64,000 bases of DNA, from assembly GCA_964016885.1 (NCBI GenBank), contig OZ024757.1, forward strand, positions 27,590,001 through 27,654,000, in the 5' to 3' direction. This DNA comes from Eledone cirrhosa (Eukaryota). Of the stretch, positions 56,622 through 64,000 are shown in pieces. Position 1 is the stretch's first letter. Each line of letters starts with the position of its first letter. Under the pieces are notes generated by a model, which worked only from the letters and a program-made list of their open reading frames with translations, did not search any database and was not told the origin of the DNA. A program made the position numbers and the translations under genes.

Positions 56622-57562
56622 ATGTGTTATTTGTTATTGTTTATTGTTTATGAAGTATTGTGTATCAGTAGCTATGTCACACTATTGTTCCCCACCAACA
56701 CCACTAACATTACTGTCACCAACACAATTATCATCACTGCCAGCACTACCATTAAAAGCAACACCACTGCCAACCACACCATCTCCACCACCACTGCCAA
56801 CCACACTACCACCACCACCAGCACCACTAACTGCATCACCAACACCACTGCCATTACAATCACGACCACCAGCAATACTTCTGGCTGTTTATATTCTCTG
56901 CTCTTTGATGGTAAATTTAATTTGTCACCCTGTTTAACCACCACCTGGTCAATGGGTGACTTTAGTAAAGTTCACACTGTTGGAATCATTCAGGCCAGAT
57001 CTCAAGTTTGAGAACAACTTCCTCCTCTCCTTTCACCAGTCTCAAAGACCTTAAGAAAATAAGTGGGGTGGGAGCATGGGTGCTGCTCTTCCATCCCTAA
57101 CTAAACAGTAAAAACAAAATGGTGAATGTATTGACTAGTGTTGAGTAAACAGTATTTCTTTTGTAATGAGCTAACTTCCTGTTTCCCTACTCTCCATGTT
57201 TCACCTGGAGTCATTGAGTGACAGATGTTTGGCCATGATTGCGCTGCTTTATGATTCAAAGATATTCCAGCTGTGGTCATTTCGTCCAATTTTTCAGATG
57301 CAGTGTAGTTAGGGTCTCATTAATTAATCTATCCTGCTGAGGTTAACTTTGCCTTTCATCCTTACGGGGGCGATAAAATAAAGTACCAGGAATGCACTGG
57401 GGTCAATTTAATCAACTTTCCCATCCCCTTCAAATTGCTGACCTTGTGCCTAAAGTAGAAACAATTATTTAATCTATCCATCAATTAATTATTTTTTAAA
57501 AACCCTTTTGAGACGGAACTGCCTAAACCTGCCGCTGGTTCTACATTACTAAACTGTATATT

Positions 57563-57778
57563 TTAACCCTTTAGCATTTATATTACTCTATATTTACTAT
57601 TATATTTTCACAGTAAAGGCTTTACCTCACATAATTATTTCACGTAATATCGAATTTATGAAATTTTGATATTATTTATTTTGAGAACAAATATGAGCAG
57701 CTGGTTATGGCCGGTTTGAACAGAAAGAGGCGAGAGAACTCTGGCTAGATACAGCCGGTTTAAATGCTGAAGGGTTAA
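57563..57778 (-). mobile_element. MITE M1
   Basis: TTAA-bounded terminal inverted repeats. Confidence 0.85.
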
Positions 57779-57980
57779 TCTATCAACCATTTAATTAATT
57801 TTTTTTTAACCCTTTTGAGACGAAACTGCCTGAACCTGCCTCTGGTTCTACTATACTGAACTGTTTATTTTAAAGTAGTTATATTTATCTATAAACCTTC
57901 CACCATATTTGCATATAAGAACCTTCATAAAGTTATGATCCAAACACAAGCATGATAATGCGAAAGTTAGTTATATAACT

Positions 57981-58433
57981 GGAGATGAATTATTCAGCGA
58001 CATGTTTAGTATGAAAAATAAAAGTCTACGAAGTGGAAGGAAAGCATATTATAGAAGGATCTACACAGGTTAAGCTCAGTAATAACAATCTTTCAGCAGA
58101 AGAGGCTACAGAAAGCTATAATGACAAGGGTACCTCAGGAATTGACATTGTTTTAGCTCATAGGTTAACCCTCTAGCATTTAAACCAGTTATATCTGGCC
58201 AGAATTCTCTCATCTCTTTCTGTTCAAACTGGCTGTAATCAGCCAGTAATACCAATGTTAAGGAATTGTTCTCAAAATAAATATCAAAATCTCATAGATT
58301 TGATATTATGTGAGGTAAAGCTTTTACTGTGAAAATATAATGGTATATATTGAGTAATGTACATGCTAAAGGGTTAATGTGCATGAATGGTGAAGCATGT
58401 ATGAGTTGAGAGAGATTGAGTTGTCACCCAATT
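57981..58433 (+). pseudogene. TCTP: Degenerate processed copy of translationally controlled tumour protein
   Basis: GDELFSDMFSMK, frameshift, then VYEVEGKH...NLSAEEA...SGIDIVLAHRL (57981-58167); remnant resembling MNxEGM...WREDGVTP at 58378-58433; interrupted by M1 MITEs. Confidence 0.85.
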
Positions 58434-58583
58434 TTAACCCTTTAGCATTTAAACTGGTCATATCTGGCCAGAATTCTCTCATCTCTTTCTGTTCAAATCG
58501 GCTGTAATCAGCCACTCATACTAATGTTAAGGAATTGTAAATATAATAGTATATATAGAGTAATGTAAATGCTAAAAGGTTAA
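58165..58583 (+). mobile_element. Two M1 MITEs (58165-58377 and 58434-58583)
   Basis: Each bounded by TTAA with CCCT(C/T)TAGCATTTA terminal repeat. Confidence 0.85.
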
Positions 58584-59217
58584 ATGAGTTATATTACTAA
58601 ATCCCTCTAAATTCTTGATGATTTTCAAACTCATAGGCAGTGTCTTTCATAAGAAATATGGTAATGAGAGGGTTAAAGGGTCATGTTGTGATTGGAGAGA
58701 GATTTGACTGCTATTTTGAACAGGTCAAACGACTACGAAGAGCCCCTCTTTAGTTAGGTATTGTTATTTTTTTTATTGCAGCTGTGTTTACAGTTGTTGT
58801 TGCTATTGCTGTTCTTGGTGGTGGTGGTGGGAGTTGCTATTGCTGTTATTATTGTTGTTGTTGCTATTGCTGTTATTATTGTTGTTATTGCTGTTATTAT
58901 TGTTGTTGTTGCTATTGCTATTGTTATTGCTGTTACTCTTGTTGTTATTATTGCTGCTGCTGTTGTTGTTGTTATAGTAAGTATTTCAGCTGTGTTTACT
59001 GTTGTTGTTGCTAATGATGATGATGATGATGTTGTTGGTGGTGGGGGTTGTGCTCTTGTTGCTGCTGTTGTGTACTACTTCTAACCATGGGGGTAAGAGT
59101 TTTACTTAACACTTGGCAGTTGAAACACCCAATACCCACCTCAGCTGCCAGGTAGGGCAAAGATTATTTTTTTAAATGCATTTCTGAAATTTTATATTTG
59201 TTGTTATCATTTCATAT

Positions 59218-59602
59218 TGGTTTCTGATTTAGGCACAATGCCAACAATTTTGGGGGAGGGAAAAACCAACTAAATCGACCGCAGGGGTACTTATTTTATC
59301 GACCCCATAAGGATTGAAGGCAAAGTTAATCCCAGCGGGATTTGAACTCAGTACATGAACTGACGTAACTCTATGCTCCAAAGCAGGATTTAAACTCAGA
59401 TCGTAAAGGGCCGAAACTCAATTCCATAGGGCATGTTACCCGATGCTCCACCAGTACTGCCATATTTGCATTAATTTAGGGTCGGACGCCATGCTTTGCA
59501 GCACAGTTACGTCCCTTTACAGACTGAGTTCAAATCCCGCCAAGGTTAACTTTGCCTTTCATCCTTAAGGGGTCGATAAAATAAAGTACCAGTAATACAC
59601 TG
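59218..59602. mobile_element. Divergently oriented SINE A copies
   Basis: Core on - strand (59218-59460) and + strand (59480-59602). Confidence 0.75.
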
Positions 59603-59700
59603 CGATATATGTGTGTGTATATATATATATATATATATCTGTATATATATATGTGTGTATATATATATGTGTGTGTGTGTGGGTGTATATATATATATAT

Positions 59701-60203
59701 ATAGGCAGACCTAGAAAAACATGGGATGAGCTGATAAACTCCGACCTCACACACTTACACCTCTCCAAGACAATGTCACTGGACCGTGACCTTTGGCGGT
59801 ACTCAGTAACAGAGAAGACCCGCCTTGCCAGTAGGCATCTCTAACAAACTACACCCCGTCCCGCCACCACCCCCACCCCATCCACACCACCCCGTTCCAT
59901 GTAAAGTTATGTTGGTGCCGCGCCATCCAGGCCGAAACAAACGAGATCGTGTAGGTGTCACGACAAAAAAACACACAGTCCACGCTGTAATGTGGCCGTG
60001 TAGGCAACACGGTAAAAACCTCCCAGACCCACACTGTAAATGTGGTTGGTGTTAGGAAGGGCATCCAACTGTAGAAAACCTGCCAGACAGTCCTATGCGA
60101 GCAAGACAATCACTCTTGCCTCAAGTGGGACTACCCCCGTCCAAACCCATGCGAGCGTGGAACACGGACGTTAAACGTTGATGATGATGATGATGATGAT
60201 GAT
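59701..60203 (+). mobile_element. RTE LINE 3' end, close copy of 17170-17693
   Basis: [15 protein letters not shown]...; nearly identical UTR; (GAT)n tail. Confidence 0.9.
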
Positions 60204-60370
60204 ATATATATATATATATACATACATGCGTATATAAATATATATATATATATATATATACATATGTGTGTATATATCAGGCTATCATAATTGATAGTTC
60301 TCAGTGAAATATGTATAATGGAGTTTTAAATAAACCTAAATCAACTGAATATGGCCTCCGATCTTTTATG

Positions 60371-60414
<44 letters not shown>

Positions 60415-60492
60415 TAACAGATTAAAGTTTAAGCAAAGAATCGCTGCTTTCACCCTTAACGGGATCTTCTGAAATTATTATTATTATTATTA

Positions 60493-60524
<32 letters not shown>

Positions 60525-61072
60525 GTATACACACATATATACAAACATATATATAAATGTATATGCGTATATATATAAATGTATTTATATGTATACTCAC
60601 ACATATACAAACATATATATAAAATGTATATGCGTATATATATAAATGTATTTATATGTATACTCACACACACACATATACAAACATATATATAAATGTA
60701 GAAGTGTGTGTGTATATATATATATATATATTTAGATAAATATATTTAGATAGATAGATAGATGCCATTCCTCACGTGTTCCAAAGGGTTTGGGGGTTTC
60801 TAAAATGACAGCAGGCCGTTCTCAGGAAGACAGTTTTTATCAAGATTGAAGTGAACTGTAATTCAATAGCAACTTGGGGTATATTCTACCCACTTTACCA
60901 CAAGAAAATTCTTTCTTCCAGATATTTAATGAATCAGATTATTTACACACATGTATGTATATGTATGTTTCTGTACGTATGTATGTATGTATGTATAATG
61001 TAGTTATTTTACGGTTGTGTGAAAAAATATTTAAGAGCTCTTCAATACACACTTAAAGTATGCAGTATTTCG

Positions 61073-61124
<52 letters not shown>

Positions 61125-61128
<4 letters not shown>

Positions 61129-61410
61129 CATCATCATCATCATCATCGACTAACATCTATCTTCCACACTAGCATGGGTTAGACGGGTTTGTCCCATTAG
61201 AGGCAAGTTGGGTCAGGTGACCATGTCTCGCTCATATAGGAGTGTTACTGGCTGGTTTTCTATGGCTGGATGCCCTTCCTAGCACCAGCCACATTTACAG
61301 TGTGTGCTGGGTGCTTTTTGCTGTGCCTTTTACACGACCACTTTACAGTGTGGGCTGGGTGCTTTTTGTCGGGACACTTACACAACCACTTTACAGTGTG
61401 GGCTGGATAT
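61125..61410 (-). mobile_element. SINE/RTE-type 3' portion
   Basis: GCTGGATGCCCTTCCTA and repeated CTTTACAGTGTGGGCTGGGTGCTTTTT units. Confidence 0.7.
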
Positions 61411-61525
61411 TTTGAGGTACCAGCATAAATATATATATATATCCCAGATTTAATTGGGAGTAACCACAGTAAGTAAGGTACTCAATACATTAGTAGAGTG
61501 TATAGAACAAATTTAATATAGAAAT

Positions 61526-61577
61526 GGCTTCTACAAGACTAGAGCTGTTTCATTCGAAGGAAATCATCAGCAAAGCC
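61526..61577 (-). ncRNA. Type I hammerhead ribozyme motif
   Basis: GGCTTTG-CTGATGA-T TTC CTTC GAA T-GAAA-CAG CTCTAGTC TTG-TA-GAAGCC; core intact, first stem I pair mismatched. Confidence 0.6.
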
Positions 61578-62803
61578 GACTTTCATTGTAATGTGGTGGT
61601 ATTTGTATGTTTTCTGGTGCTTTGGGAAGGTGTTGATTTTAAGGATGGGCAGAGGTCATTGGCTGAGGGATTTAAAAAAAACTCTTTTTAGAAATATACA
61701 ATATGTGTGTGTGTATTATAAGGATATTTTGGGGCCCCAAATCATCTAGAAGAAAATCCTTATAATATCTACACTCAACTTTTCCTAAGTACAGAGTACT
61801 AAGTTGAATAATGGTCTTAACTAGTAATATCTCACTGATTTGTACACTTTGATTTATTCTTTTAATTAATTTGTATTTACCATTCCATCCGTAGTTTTTA
61901 TGTGCTTTACCAGGGTGGTATTTTATCTCCTATTATAATAGGTATTTTGCCTTGGTTTCTATGTGCTAACTTCATTACAATGTGGACTGGGTGCTTTTTA
62001 TTGTGGCACCAAAACGATCATCTAACAGGGTTGACTGGCCACTTTCTGGCATGTCACTGGTACAACCATCTTACAGAGTAGACACTTTTTGTTATGTCAC
62101 TAGCACAACCACCTTACAAGGTAGACTGGGCACTTTTTGTCATAACACCAGCATGACCACCTTACAGAGTTGACTGGGTACTTATTGCCATATCACTAGC
62201 ACAACAACTACCTTACAAAGTGGACTGGGTGTTTTGTTTTTGTTGTGTCACCAACATGACGACTTTTCATGGTCGACTGGGTGCTTTTTTTCTTGTGTCA
62301 CTAACACACGACCAACTTAGAGGGTGATATATGCATATAAGGAAACACAAAATCAAACAGGTATAGGCATGGTTGTGTGTTTAAAAAGATTGCTTTGCAA
62401 CCATATGGTATCCAGTCCAGGCCTATTCCATGGCACCTTGGGCAAGTGCCTTCAATTATATAGCCTCATGTTCACCAATGTCTTATGTGTGAAATTTGGT
62501 AGATGGAAACTGCATCATACATTATCATTTTACGTCTACTTTTTCATGTTTTCGTGGGTTAGACAGGTCTTTTCCAGCACAGAGTCACTCCACCACTTGT
62601 TGCATTCTCTTGTCATCTCCATTTTGAGCTTCAGCAATTTGTGATCAGCTCTCACCACCTTGGCTTAAGTCTTCTTTGGTCTACCTTTACTGTGGTTTCC
62701 TTCCACTGAGATTTTTTTGACATTTCTTCACCCAGCAATCATCATACACACAGACATACACATGGTTGTTACTGTTCATAAGAACAAGGTTTACAGGCAC
62801 AAA

Positions 62804-63032
62804 TTAACCCTTTATTATTTACATTACTCTATATTTACTATTGTATTTTCATAGTAAAGGCTTTACTTCACATAAATATCTCACATAATATTGAATCTAT
62901 GAGATTTTGATATTATTTATTTTGAGAACAATACCTTAACATCAGTATCAGTGGCCAGGTATAGCTGGTTTGAACAGAAAGAGGTGAGATAACTCTGGCC
63001 AGATATGGCCAGTTTAAATGCTAAAGGGTTAA
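62804..63032 (-). mobile_element. MITE M1
   Basis: TTAACCCTTT...GCTAAAGGGTTAA. Confidence 0.85.
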
Positions 63033-63279
63033 AGTACTCAATACTTTAAAAAATAGAATAATGACCCCAGATTCTTTAAGAATTTAATTTGGTACAACTA
63101 TGATATAGATAAATTACACACACACATGCTGTCTGTATGTGTTTATATATAGTCTGGTAATAGTTGTTTGGGTGTTTTGTAACAGCAAAGCAATTCTATG
63201 TTAAGGATGGGTGGATGGAGGTGTAGTGAGTAAGGTGTGTTTGGGTGTGGAGTAGGGTGTTGTGTGGTAGTGGTGGTGA

Positions 63280-63520
63280 TGTTATAGTGAGTATAGTAGA
63301 AGTGTAGTAAAGTGGTGTTATAGTGAGTATGGTAAATATATAGTGAAGTGGTGGTGGTTGTTGTGGTTATGGTGATATTATAGTGAGTATGGTAAATATA
63401 TAGTGAAGTGGTGGTGGTTGTGGTGGTTATGGTGGTGGTATAGTGAGTATGGTAAATATATAGGGAAGTGATAGAGGTTGTTGTGGTGATGGTGGTGCTG
63501 GTGTTACAGTGAGTATAGCA
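63280..63520. repeat. 60-bp minisatellite
   Basis: TATAGTGAGTATGGTAAATATATAGTGAAGTGGTGGTGGTTG units at a 60-bp period. Confidence 0.8.
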
Positions 63521-64000
63521 GAGGTGTAATTAATTGGTAGTAGTGGTGGTGGTGGTGTAGAGAGTAAGGTGTGGAGTCTGGCATAGTGTGGTTGTAGTTG
63601 CAGTGTTGTGTGTATTAGGGGTGATGGAGAGATGGATGGTAATATAGTAAGGTGGGTGAAGGTTACCTGTTATGATCACACTCTGTTCTATGTTGACAAT
63701 GATAGTAGTGGTGAGGGTGGAGGTGGTGGTGGTGGTGGTAATTGTGGCATTAGTAGTCATAATAGTGGTGGCACTGGTGGTAGTTGTAGTGGTATTCGGA
63801 GTGGTTATTGCCGTAGAAGTAGTTTCTAAATGGTATACCTGTAGTAGTAGTAGTAGTAGTAGCAGCAGCAGAAGTAGTGGTAGTAGTAGTATTAGCAGAA
63901 GTAGTGGTAGTAGCAGTAATAATAATGATGGTGGTAGTAGTAGTAGTAGTAGTAGTAGAAAGGGTGGGGTGGGGTCGGGGTAATAGCAGCTGAAGATGTA

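Larger units (their letters stand above)
57806..58676 (-). mobile_element. MITE M2 split by a TCTP retrocopy insertion
   Basis: 57806-57980 and 58587-58676 align with the reverse complement of 52337-52828. Confidence 0.7.

Noticed and set aside
57981-58167. TCTP segment as a functional exon of the host gene
   Set aside because: Frameshift, no splice acceptor, missing middle, and embedded in a MITE between direct repeats

Overview
Eukaryotic, AT-rich, microsatellite-laden genomic DNA. The repeat style suggests a mollusc, probably a cephalopod (inference only). The window appears to lie mostly inside introns of a + strand host gene, with two phase-compatible Ser/Thr-rich coding exons at 8406-8671 and 53392-54374. 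It contains a near-full-length L1/Tx1-clade LINE with an intact ORF2 (- strand, about 44638-49960) sitting in GATA repeats, plus four short 3' fragments of related elements. It also has RTE and CR1-like LINE fragments, two tRNA-derived SINE families, TTAA-flanked (piggyBac-type) MITEs, many minisatellites, and a degenerate TCTP retrocopy nested in a MITE. The most notable hidden signal is a set of type I hammerhead ribozyme motifs from about four unrelated sequence families. Five have intact catalytic cores (9375, 15703, 39710, 51912, 61526). They are associated with inverted duplications typical of Penelope-like or retrozyme-type elements. Most ORFs in the supplied track are microsatellite artefacts. 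All pairings and alignments were done by eye.
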